DNA from: Takakia lepidozioides
Taxonomy: Eukaryota > Plantae > Bryophyta
NCBI GenBank assembly: GCA_030704615.1
Contig: CM060731.1
Span: 41,664,001-41,728,000, forward strand
Reading direction: 5' to 3'
Length of the DNA: 64,000 nucleotides
The notes under the pieces: model-generated
What the model was told of the DNA's origin: nothing
Database searches by the model: none
What the model saw: only the letters and a program-made list of their open reading frames with translations
Program-made: the position numbers and the translations under genes
In this document: positions 14,418 to 26,900 of the stretch, piece after piece
How positions within the stretch are numbered: position 1 is the first letter of the stretch
How the letters are laid out: each line of letters begins with the position of its first letter

Positions 14418-15179
14418 CTGCACAGTCCCAATAGCCCTGTTACTTCTAAGCTCCTTAACCATACATGTCTGCCTCCAAACCAAAACCCTGTGCTTTACAG
14501 TCACGATTTTCCAAAGAAACTCAATCAGCAAAATCATAGATTCTGTTACATGTTGTGGAATCCATAGAGAGGTATTAGGCAAATCAACCACAGGCAACAT
14601 CTGTTTCTAAATCAAAGTAGGAAACCCTGTTGGCTTTCAATGGTCAAAATCCAAAACATGAGCTGAACTCCCACAAAATACTCATAACCCACCTAAATCC
14701 CACGACTGAGGAGTGCATGTCTATAATTTGACCTGAAGACATCTATGAATTAGTTTCCATGAAGAGTTCGTTGGCTATCATTCTAAACGGTACCTTCTGC
14801 ACCAAGATTGGAGGTCACAAACCTGGAGGAAGACAAGGATAATACCTGAACAGAGCAGCTGTGAGAAATGAAATGAAATGGTTAATGACGTTTGCAGGAA
14901 GCTCGAAGGGCTTATGGGACAAGTGGAAGAAAGCAACAAGAAAGAGAGCCCAAAAGCAACTAAAGCTCAAGGGATGGTCTCAGAGTCAACGTTTCATGCA
15001 GGTAAGCTGCCAAATATTGCTGATCCTCGTAATGGAAGACCTCCATGAGAGATTGGGTATACCAGAATATATAGTTGAATCTCCCACGGATCCCATAGTA
15101 TACAGGGCAGTGAAAGAAGAAATGTTCTTCACTTTCAATTTCCCCGTAGTTCCCGGCGCAAGCGGGGCATAGTCAGTCT

Positions 15180-15720
15180 TTCCGATGTAGAGTTTCCCAC
15201 CTAACTCTATCTGCAGACTGTGCGAGCCCACCCTGAACCTCCCCACAGCCCTTAGAAGGGGAGGAGATAGAGCTGCAGACAGGTAATTCGACTCACAAGA
15301 TCCAATTGGGCGCAGAGATTCAAGAATGTCTCCCTATAGAAATGCAGTTTTGTTGTTAGAGTGGGTGGTTTCCGTGTCTGCCGGACGAGCTGTTCCATAA
15401 ATTCTCTTCTGATGCATCTATTGCGGTCCTGTTTGGACACAATATCCGTAGTTTGTGGCAGTAGGGAAGCAATGGAGTGCTGAGAGAAGACGGTTGGATG
15501 CCTTAAGCCACTAAACCCCAAACCCTTCAACCAGAGGTGGATGGACCTCCCTCGACACAACGCCTCAGAACCAGGCACCGATCTGATCAGGAAACTGAGT
15601 GCTTCATTCTACCAACTAATACTTCAACAAAATACCTGAGTAGAAAGAAGACGTTGCAGCTCGGAGGCTAGCCAGAGTGCATTGTGGTTCCCATATGTGC
15701 ACTGCTGTGCTAAATTCTTA
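15180..15720 (-). mobile_element. Degraded non-LTR (LINE/RTE-like) 3' fragment, probably in an intron of the CofE-like gene
   Basis: KLHFYRETF...GRFRVGSHSLQIELG resembles the post-RT C-terminal region of LINEs; frames are broken. Confidence 0.5.
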
Positions 15721-18433
15721 CTTCCCTCCTCTGCTGGTGGGATAGTAGTAGCGGTATCTACTGCCGCACTTCTGCACCTCTGCCATGGAGGCAATTGTGA
15801 GGTCAATGCCCCAGCATGCCAAGAGCGCGAGATTTTAAGACACGATGATGTCCAGCGTTGTGGACCAGGATCCAAGCTCAGCAGAGGCCAGGCAGACGCC
15901 AAAAGGGACGACGAGAGGGCCATGCGTCCTGTAGTACAGCTCAAACTTACACACTGCCTACACACTTCCGCTTTTCTACTGCCATCCCCTACACTACGTC
16001 TTCCGATTGCATTTTCTGTCTCTTCCTGCTATCACTCCCTTCAATGCAACTTGTCAGTTCCTTCTGTCGTCATAGCCGCACTACATGGCAACGATCGGAC
16101 TCCAGCCCAACAAGCGACTCTGCACGATCCCCTCACACAGTACTCGATAATTGCTCACCTTTGGAGAAACCTCTGGGTAATTTATGACTATGCATGAAAT
16201 CCGAGAGTTATGTGCCTCCTTATCTAGTATAGCTCCAAGGCTTTAGGAACCCAACGGGGAGTTGGGTTCGGGCCCACAAAGGAACTGTTGATGCAAACCA
16301 CAAGAGTTGCCAAGCACCACAGCAGAAACAAAAAAGACACACGTACTTATGAGATAGACGGACAGCCCATCTGACTTGTTGTCACTAAAAGATTCGAACA
16401 GATGATTTGAATGTTGCGGGAACGGCGAGTTGTGCCAAAACCCTGCTGGCACTAAAAACTAAAAACCCTTAGAGGCAGCGGGGTGCTGGAGAGGTGAGAG
16501 AAATTCCCGTTTGTTGGTGCAGTAATGTGGCAGGGCCGCCCGCCTGCCTCTTCCTGGACTCTTGCTGAAGATCTGGATTTTGTGCTTCCGAAGCACTAGT
16601 TTGTATGTAGCTGTGAGAGCAACTGGCCGCAGCTTGACTGTGCTGGCACCGAAGGCGGGGCTGCTCGCTGTGGCAGCCAAGCTATGCAGTGGGTGAAGGT
16701 GGCAGCAAATAACACCCGCAAACGTAGCCCAAGTGTAGGGATCATGTCCTTGCAGATCTTTACAGAGGGAGGCCCTTGCTTATGTATTGAGGATTAAGTG
16801 CAGAATCTTGCACCTAGAAGCACTCCACCCAGTGTAGATAGCTACCGGTATAGGAGTAAGTTGGTGTCTCCCTGTCACCCTGGTTGTTAGGTTGGGCTCA
16901 TAAGCAAGGGCATAGCTGGGAATTGAGCACAATACGGCCATCATCTGTGCCCAGGGGGGAGCAGCAGCAGCTGGCTGTGGCTGCAGCAGAGATCTCATCC
17001 TTCAGGCAATCACACATAGCATCCATCGCGGTTGTGTCCGGGTAGGGCATAGCACTGCCTTTCTCTGCTGTTGTTACTGCTGCTGCTAACTCTCTGGGGT
17101 GCACAGAAGATGCAGCATATCATTTGCAGGTGGGATATTGTGCTGATTTGTCATCTTCGGCTTTTTTATCATTTCAGCTTTTTATCTTCGTGCTCGAAGA
17201 GCAAGAGGGTTGTTTTTGTTTGTGTTAGATCATACCCTTCTGTTGCAGCTAGAAAGGTCGATAAACCGAAATAAAGGGCAGCAAGCATGAAGTGTTGTGG
17301 TCATAAACTTGAGTTGCCTCGGTCACCCAAATGTGATCTGCATGCAGATTTGCTGTCGTAGCTTGTTTAGCTTATGTGTGTTCTCTCAGTCTTTTGATTG
17401 AATCTTCCATGGATTTGATGAATGATAGGTTGGCCACAGCCTGCATGCTGATTTTCGTTGTTTTCCAATTGTACGTTAGGCTGAGATACTAGAATTCCTC
17501 AAAGGACGAGGGCGGTGGTGAATGCAAGGGGGTTATGACACTTCTTTCAGTGGACGCAGGTGCGATCACTGGTAGGGTTGGAAAAGGTTGCATTGACGTG
17601 GGGCAGCGATGCACATGGCGGATTTGGGGGGATTCCCGCACCACCTGCTTTGAATTGCGCTTTTGCTGATCTCCCTGAATCTGGGAATACAGCAGAACCA
17701 GGATCGTCCTGCGAAAAGAGAAAAGACCACAGCCCATTGGGAAAAGGAGGCTGTATCCCAGGCGCCAACAGAGTCATGGCACTTGCATGGTTTAACGGGG
17801 GCATGCCGACAGCAGTTGCATGTACATCCAGGATTTCTGCTGTGTCACTCCAAAGACCTACGTCCTCATGTTCGAGTTCATTTTTCTTTGGCAGGGCTGT
17901 TTCAACAGTATGTCCACCTCCGGCAGAGGACTTAATTTGGTTTGATCAGAGTATAGATGTCTGCATCAGAAAAGTAACTTCAAACTGCCACATGAGATTA
18001 GGAAAATGTGTGGCCAATTGTTCTTGAAGCTTACTGTTAAGAGGAGTTTTGACCAGAGCTGTCCTGTTGCAATTGCTACTTCAGAACCATTTTCCAGACG
18101 GCTATGCGTACTCGTATCCAAAGTACTGTAGGGCTGTCTCTGCGTATTCAAGATGAGCAGGTTTAATGTGTGAAGCAAGTAGTGCACCTCTTCAACTTGA
18201 TGTCCTACCCTTGAAGCAAGTAGTGCACCTCTTCAACTTGAGGTCCTACCCTTGAGAGGGATCTTAGTCTACTTATCTTACGGTTTTATAATGTCAGTGC
18301 TCATCCATAAGTTGATTGGTGGACTTGATTCAGTAATGCTTGGCCACTGATAAGTATGGGATAGGCGATGTGCTTATCATGCGAATGTGTGGTCCTTGTG
18401 TTTACGCTTTGTTGCAACCCGCAGGAGACGCGA

Positions 18434-21400
18434 ATGTCTAGAAGACCAACATCAAGCTGTAAAAGTGTTTCCCTCCGAAGCATTGGGAGCAATAGGGTCA
18501 TGAGGCCAAGAGCTATTGCAGGTGAGAGCAGGCATTCCCCTAGATACTCATATTTGGTTAGCCTGTTTATTTGGATCACATCAAACAGCTCATAGGCTCA
18601 TTCATTAGTAATTGTAAATTTTGGTTGGTTTTGTATTTTGTAGATGCAGAGTTTCCAGAAAGGGATGTGGAACCAAGTGAAGCACTTCTACCAAGGTCAA
18701 CACACATAGCAGGGGATTCCAGGTCATCAAATGTGATGAGCACTGCAATATCACAAGTGCTGCCTGACTTCAAGTTTCTCCATGCAACAGCCATTGTCCA
18801 TCCTGATGCCATTATTGGCGAGGTGATTGAATTCACTTTTCCACCACCGATTCTTCTTTGGCTGTGGTTTTTGTGGATCTACTTCTTGAAGTCTCATGAG
18901 ATATTTGATTCTTGCCATGTTGTGTCATTGCAACAACTAACAACCTTCTGAGTGGCCTCTGCACTATTTGGGTATAAACGTTGTGACATCAATTGTATTC
19001 TGGTATAATTGAAGAAAATTCAAATGGTTCAGCCAAGGTTGACAGTCTGCCAGCCCCCCACCTCTTTTGTGGCAACTGCTGAGATGACATTCAAATTGGT
19101 GGGGTTGGGGGCTGCCTCTATGTAGGGGGTCGTCATAGGAGCATTTTGCACTGTAGGGCCTGGGGCCAAATTGGGATATGGCTGCAAGTTGCATCCAAAC
19201 AGCCACATTTGTGGCAATACTGAACTAGGAGAAAGATGCGAGGTCATGATGTAAGTTTCTGTACTTGGTGTTGGACTCTTTCATGTTAACTATTCAAGTT
19301 AAATGCCATTGGTCAGTCCCTTATCAACAGAAAGTCATGTTTCCATGGGGTCATCTGCCTTTGTATGTTACAGCCAGTTGCCAGGAGGTCAGGTAGACAA
19401 TCTCAACCTACAGAACAATATGGAGGCTTTAGGGTGTCGGGGAAAAGTTTGCATGCTTCTCATCTCATCCCTCTGTGAAACTTTATTCTTCCACATGTAT
19501 GCCCTCTGTATAGCAGACACTATTTAAGCGTTTCCCAGAACCATTTTAATTTGTTGATGTGTTTTGTATGTGTCCCACTTATTAGTGATGCACGGTAGAG
19601 AAGCATAAGCAGGCAATTGGCATGCAAAGATCGAGGGCAAGGGCAGGCTGGCTTACATGGGGTCTGGCCTATACTGTCCAAAGTGGTGCAGTGATTGGTG
19701 CAGATATACCAGGCCGCACTGTCATTGGTCATCACAACACCATTGGCTACCATGCTGTGGTTGGTGTTAAGTGCCAGGATATGAAGTACAAGGTCATTAG
19801 CTCTCTTTCCGTTTCTCTTGCACTCTGTCTCTCTCTCTTCATCTGTCTGCTGTATTTTAATGAGGAGTTTTTTTTGTTGTTCTACTTCCTCCCCTGGGTG
19901 GTTGTGCCCCACTGTGGATGTTAAAAGGTTTCTTTCTTTCTTCTCTCTCTCCAAAGGTGTGAATGAATCTAGAGCTGTACAATTTGAATTGTTATGCATT
20001 TCTTTTAGTTTTGTGTAGATGAACTGATGTTGCTCAGATTTAGTCGCAGAAGGCGCACAATTTGCTGCTTGACGTCACATACACTGCAACTTGGAGGGCT
20101 ATATCTAGACTGGCTGAAGTTGTGGATATGAATGATGCAGGAGGGTGATGAGTGTTACCTCTACATAGGAAACAACAACGATGTACGAGAGTATGCCAGC
20201 ATTCACAGATCCTCCAAACCAAATGATGATACGGTATGTAGGTGCAATGCTCCCTTTAAAATCCACTCCCATGAGAAAGTTGAGTGTAATTTTCACCTCA
20301 GAGGTCTTTCGCCTAATGGTAGGTCCTTATGCTGGAACCCTGAAGCAATTCTCTGTCTAGTGTCAGTGCAAAAAGCTGTTTATTTCTCTAAAAGGTTCAA
20401 TTGAAAGCTGCATGAATCGCTCGGTTCAGGTAAGAAAGAGGCTATTTATCTTTCTGCCCTTGCCATTAAGAACTGATTTGAGTAAGGTGCTTGATTTGTA
20501 GAATGTTGTGCATTTGGTTTCTAGGCATGGAGGATGACTCTTGCATCATGCTATGGTCCTTAGGGTGGCAATAACCTTGCAGAGACAGGGATGGGTTTTA
20601 AATTTGCAGGTGATAGGTAGTGATAACTTGATAATGGGATCATGCCATATTGCCCACGATTGCAAGTTGGGCAATCACAACATTCTTGCCAATGGCACCC
20701 TCTTGGGAGGACACGTTGTGCTCGAGGTCAGTTGCTCCCACTGTACATTGCTTGAATCTGCTTGAGTGTTGGCTTTGTAATGGTTGATGAGTTCGACATC
20801 CATTTCACATACTGGAGCTTCTATACCCACATTTTCGGACTGTTTAAGTCTAGGTCTATACCTTCTTAGTATCAATCAAAAGGCTTTCTGATCGCTGGTT
20901 CATGAGTCCTAATGTTTCTAATGTTGAACTTATTTGACAATTGAGCAGAACATTCCCACTCCCTAGATTATATCTGCAGCCCGTTCTTTCTAGCCTTCGG
21001 GTTTCCTGTAAGAAGGCAAGGGGAGAGCAAGAGTAGGGCTGACGCAAGGCATGGGGGTGAATTTACCTGGACAGGACTATGTGCACACAGGTGGGGCGGT
21101 GGCTGTGCATCAGTTTTGTCATGTTGACTCTTATTCCTTCCTTGCTGGAGGTTCCATGGTTTGCTCTTTTCTCTGGTTTCAGTACTCAATATTTCAAAGC
21201 TGTATTTGACACTCCTCATACTTCTTCAGCTTAGGATGTGAGCTTCTGGTTTACAGTAAGTTGCAACCCCAGACTGTAGGCTTGCTGCACTGAATCTGGA
21301 GAAGCTCTCTCTTGCACAAAAAGGTACCCCAGGCGTGGGAATCCTGAGGATCTCAAAGGCCTCTCTACTGTAACCATGCTTGGCATACCCTGTCATTATT

Positions 21401-22720
21401 AAATTCCATGTAACTGTATTTAGTTTAGGCATTTTGTCAAACACAAGGCGTGCATCCGCAATGCTCCCGCACTTGGCATACATGTTGACAAGGGTGTTGT
21501 GTAGGTAGATATTGGGCTTGATTCCACTTTGGATAATGTGGGTGTGCACCTGCTTCCCCTCTGCTAGGCCATTCATCTTGATGCACTCTTGCAAGAGACA
21601 CACATATGTATCGGAGTCAGCCACAATGCCTCCTTGGTTTAAAATGTGCAATGCCTCTTTCAGTTGTCCTGCCTTACATAGTGTCACATATTACGACTTG
21701 TTGCCCAGTTTGAGCGGCCACTTGGCCTGTGTTTTCTGCAGACTGTCATTTGCATTGTCACACCCTGTTTGCTGGATGTCATGGTTCAGTGATGAGGAAG
21801 TTCTTGATGTGGATGGCAGGTTGACAGAGATGTGCCCATGTATATGATGGTGGCTGGAGATCGAGCAGAGCTACGTGGATTGAACCTGGAGGGCATGCGG
21901 CGCTGTGGTTTTTCGGATTTGGAGGTATGCCATCCATCCTCAACTGGACTACCTTTAGAGTCATGGAAGAATTCAAACTTTTGATTGCCTTTTTGGTTTT
22001 TTTTTCAGCCCTACTGCCTACTTCAGACCATCATATTCACAAGAATGGATCATACCTTGGCTCAATGCCTTCTAGTAATTCAAAATTGCTAATCATGTCT
22101 TTGGAGTAGCGATTTAGAGCAAGCAAGCCTGGAGCAAGTACAGGAGAGTAGGACATGAGGGAGCTTTTATGGAAAATGGTGAAGAATGACAGTGAGAATA
22201 CACCGTCACGGAGTGATAGAAAAAGTGGTCTGCAGGTCAGGAGCATTCGGCGGACTTATCAAAAGCTTTTCATGAATAGTGACTCCGACGCCGGAGGTTT
22301 AGAAGACCGACTTTCTGATCTGGTATTTCACAATGTGTCCCTCTGGCCAACAGTTCAGAGAAATTCAGCCAGAAGTCATCGCTTGCAGTCAACGTTATAC
22401 TTATTTTTGAGCTCGATACTGTTGACATCTGCAGAGGGGCTATGACCTGACATTGCCACGCACCGAGTCAGCACTAAACGCTTTTGTATGTGAGCCCTCA
22501 GCGGGGTTAGGTACTCACAATGGACTGTTCTTCCTAAGAGAGCCACAGGTGGAACGCATATCTGAAAAGAACGTGGGTTATTGGGGCTGCTGGTTGGCAG
22601 GAGATGAATGAGGAGCTGGGGAAGGTGCCTGCAGTTGTGTTGATGCTACGGTCTGTGCGTGAATGCTTTGCTGAAAAACGCAGAGGAATTTGCAAGTTCA
22701 GGCATTGGACCTGTGTCTGA
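18434..22720 (+). CDS. LpxA: UDP-N-acetylglucosamine O-acyltransferase (LpxA), organelle-targeted; start may lie in an upstream exon (~17500-17890)
   Basis: GT-AG exons 18434-18521, 18644-18822, 19126-19250, 19684-19792, 20141-20233, 20610-20726, 21075-21158, 21820-21924, 22236-22322, 22601-22720. They give hexapeptide repeats [51 protein letters not shown] and [22 protein letters not shown]. Confidence 0.93.
21330..21700 (-). pseudogene. Truncated PLS-class PPR fragment, antisense inside LpxA intron 21159-21819
   Basis: [79 protein letters not shown]; similarity ends after about 3 motifs. Confidence 0.85.
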
Positions 22721-22935
22721 GAGACCAGAGGGTGGCTTGGCAATTTTACCTCACCTCGAGGGCGTCTTTTACTGATCATCTTGTCATCACATGTCAGAGC
22801 TGTGATTGAGTTTGAAAAGGAAGATTCAAGTATGAGGATCTGGAAACGCCCACATTTCTTTTGCTTGTGATGTTGATTGGGATCAGAGCAAATTGGTCTC
22901 TTTATTTTATATTCACCATTCTTTGTGAAATCCAT

Positions 22936-22999
22936 GTTGTAGAGTTACTTTACGAGTTGTAGAGTTACTTTACGAGTTGTAGAGTTACTTTACGAGTTG
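22936..22999. repeat. 20-bp tandem repeat x3 in the LpxA 3' region
   Basis: gttgtagagttactttacga repeated three times. Confidence 0.9.
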
Positions 23000-23998
23000 A
23001 AGAGCAGGTGACAGAGATAGGTCTATGCCACTTTGGGTTTCAAAATAATATATCAGTGGTCATCCTTTCCCATCATCAGTTGCAAGTATCTCTCGAGTTG
23101 TTCCTTAGCTACGACTAACAGTGAAATCCCAGGTAGTTGGATAATAGGAAGTCAATATACATTTCTGTGAATGTTTCCATTTGTTGATTTTGAAAGACTC
23201 TTGCACAAAACCCAGAGATAGCGGGTGTTTGTATCTGTGCCTTACAAATACCACCAATGTGAAAGATCTAATTGTGCAATGAAGACAGAAGTTGGAACAT
23301 TGATTTTAATGATCTGAGATTATGAGTGAAGATGAGGTACCCTGAGGCATACACTGGGTACATCTGAAACATTGGCTCACTTCCTCCTGTGTTGGCAATG
23401 GATTCTCTGATAGTATCTTGTAACCTCACTTACTCATCATGGGGGATTGTCCTTTCATATCCATACAATATCGTAGAGAAGAAGGTTTCGACACTTCTCA
23501 CAGCAGCACAGGCAATCTCTGGAAATTTTATATGAATCATATTTGATTGAACCACATGCAGTAAACTCATACAGTGGCCAAAAATTTGCTTTGGCATCTG
23601 GTGAAGCAAAAATTTCAAAATTCAATCAGCTACCCTGCTCATATAAGCAGGTCAGTGCCATAATAATAGTTCCTTGAGCCTCTTCGATCAGTTGCAAACT
23701 GATATTTGCATAACAACTAATGAACACTCACAGCAATCCACTTATCAATGCTGCCTTTTCCCATATTGGTAGGTAGCCATGGTCCTGTCAATCTTGGCAG
23801 ACAAAAGCAGCAAATCTCAGTACTGAAATTTTTTGCAGAGGTTAAGCTTCTCCGCCTCTGCTTCTAAACAACTTGTTCTGAACTGATCTTTGGTGGCTTA
23901 AAGGAAACTTTGAGGCAAGCACCTGCTGTTAATTGGAAGTTGCCTTCCAGCTTATCACAAAGCCGAAAAACTATGAAAGACCAATTATGTGATTTTTG

Positions 23999-26900
23999 TC
24001 ATGTTATGTAGTCAACTGGACCATGACTCCTGACAGTGGTAGTTAACAAACGATCATTAGGCACTGGAGACCCATCCAGGGGTGGATTCTCTATATCATG
24101 GTCTGGCTCTGTTGCGTCACCCACATCCATGGGTCTTGGGGACACATGTCCTTGCTCAGAGTCTGGTCTCTGGGATCCTTCCTCTGCAGGTGCTGTGGCA
24201 CGTCGGGCATTTCGAGCAGCTGCCCTTCTTTTCCAGTTTAAATACTCCATAAAGCTAGCACTGGCGCTCATGGCTATTCCAAATCCAGCAAATGCCGCCA
24301 ACAAGATTGCCAACACAGCCTCTACCTTCACCTGCCCATACACACCACATAGTTTCTTAACCTTGACATAGACTTTCTGCTATAATGGCTGCGACTAAAG
24401 AGGTGCTGTAAAACCTTTGAGAGCTCAGGTTAGCAGGTATTGCAATTTACCAATCCTGGGTGTAAGCCAGCAGAGAGCAGCAATGAGTTCTCGCAGAGAA
24501 GCAAATATGCCTACTCACCAGCTGGTAAAACACGTGAGCGAAGAGGATGACCAGTGAAAACTGGCAGGTGGCATAGAACCAGATGTACTGTTTGCTTACT
24601 GCACACATTCACCACTCCTTAGTCCATCTTCCTAACAGTCACTCTGTTATACAGCAGTCATTTTGTCAGGCATCAATATCTTCAAGGAGATGATGAATGC
24701 ATGCAAGAAATCAAAGGCCCGAGAGCTTCAACAAGAGAGACATGTCAAGGATGGATATGGTGCTAAGCTTACCAAGGGTCGATGCTGTGATTGAAGCAAG
24801 GAGGCCCAATACGAAAGAGAATGGGAGGGCAATGGCAAGTGCCCCAGTGCCCATTTGGTTAACCTGTCAGGTCAAGCAAGAAGTCATCTTAGAGCGCGAC
24901 TTACAGTCATGATCGTTACAAACATCTACACCTATAAGACGTGATCAGGCATCTATTAAGTATCCATCGTACATGCGGCCAGGTGGCAGAGGAAAGATGT
25001 AATACTTTCTTTAAGTAGCATGAACTTTTGCAGTAAATCCAGGGCTTTGTAAGGAGAGGTACCAGCAACTGCTCAAGGAAGCAGAAGTAGGCCAGCATGC
25101 TTATCATCACCAGCACAGGGACGTCCTGCCATACGCTGTGACTGCAAATCCTCCCACACATTACATAATAGGCTCAGAAGGACTGAACAAACTGCATACA
25201 GTCTCACACTCATGAAAAAGGACAAAACTTCATAACATCCACAAGAGAGAGGGCTACAGTTACAATCTCACGTCAACCATCCATGAGTGAGACAGAAGAA
25301 AGAAATGAAGTGCTTTATAACTTCCGCAGAAAGCCCTAAGAGCTTATGGAACAAGAGAAGGAAACAAACAAAAAAGAGAGAGGGGCCCTCCACAAGCAGC
25401 CCAAAAGCAACTATTGTTCAAGGGACTGTCTAAGAGTCAAGAAAGAAACTTCAAAACTTTCATGGACGGCCACCAGGATCAAAGGAACCAGAAGAGAGAG
25501 ACCAAAGCAAGAAACTAATAACGTCGAGGGAGGGCTACGAGAGCCCTTGGGACACGAGAAATGCAGAGAGAGATTCACTTCCAAATCTGGCAAACGGATG
25601 CTGGAACAAAAGGAATAGGGAACAATTGCTCATCCAAGCTATATAGCTTCTTATCAAATACAAATCTCAAACAATGAAGCAAGCTTTTTAACATCTGGAT
25701 ACATAAGTGAAATTAAATCGTAGTCAAAGCTGGCCCTGGTGCTATAAGGTGCATTCCAACACAGCTTTCACAAATGGAGCTGAAACTTGTATGGATCAGC
25801 CACTTTTGCTGATGTGTTATCCCTTTGTACTGACGAGAAAAGGAATGGAGAGTACCGATTCACATCCTGTGCCTGGGCTGGTGATATAGAGGGGTCGACA
25901 GTCTCTGGAGATTTTCGCACCACAGTGAACGGAAGGTTGGAGACTTCTTCGCCACAAACATCGCAGGTTCGGTTGCCTTTGATGCTAAACCATTTGAGGG
26001 CACATTCCTTATGGGCCAGAGCCATCTCTCCCCGGCAGCTGCACTCCATTTTCATAGTCTCCCCATAATCTTCAGTCAGCTCATCCATGCATATTCTGCA
26101 TACCGCCTGCTCTTCTGGAATTTCCTCATCTGGCTCTTCCTTGCCTGCAATATCTGCAAACTTCACCATTGAGTTTTAAACCACATTGTTGCGCAGCAAA
26201 CAAGCTGACAATCATTCTCAAAGCCTACAGAACCCCACATTCTCTTCATTGTCTGCCTTAGCTGGAACTTCCCAAAAGGATTTGCTGTCTCTACAGATCT
26301 ATGATCACCCCAAACTATGAAGATGTCTGTTAGTGTGGTAATACCTACCCCTCTGGGTATTCAGCAACAAAAACCAGACTCAAAAGAATTTCTGAGACTG
26401 CATCCTCCCCTTTCCTTTGCCAAAAGTAGTTCAGCTAGCAACACTCAAAATACCCAAACCCCCTAAAACCAAACCTATGAGAGTAGAGTAAAGGTGTAGT
26501 CATTGAAGGAATGACAAATGACTCTGAAAATGTTGAAATATAGAACATCTTTAAACATCCAGGGAGTCTTTCGCCTTCAATTCTACAGATGGCTGGAGGG
26601 AACCTACTAAAATCAGCAGTGGCTCCTGTGATTTAGATAGGACCTCTGTGAATTCCTTTATCTATACTTCCAGTTGAATATGCTTTTTCCATCTGCATAC
26701 AACATACTTGTCGTCTTTGCATAACAATATAAGCAAGCAGCGAATCACAATGATGTTTGGATTGTTGCATAGTAGGGTAGAGACAAAAAAGAGTACAAAC
26801 AAGTAGTTGGTTTTCTTCCTGTCTGTAGGGCAAAGGACATTGCATGGTCTCTATAGGAGGATGAGAGTCTACACATACATGCCTGCCCTTCTTTGCTGAA

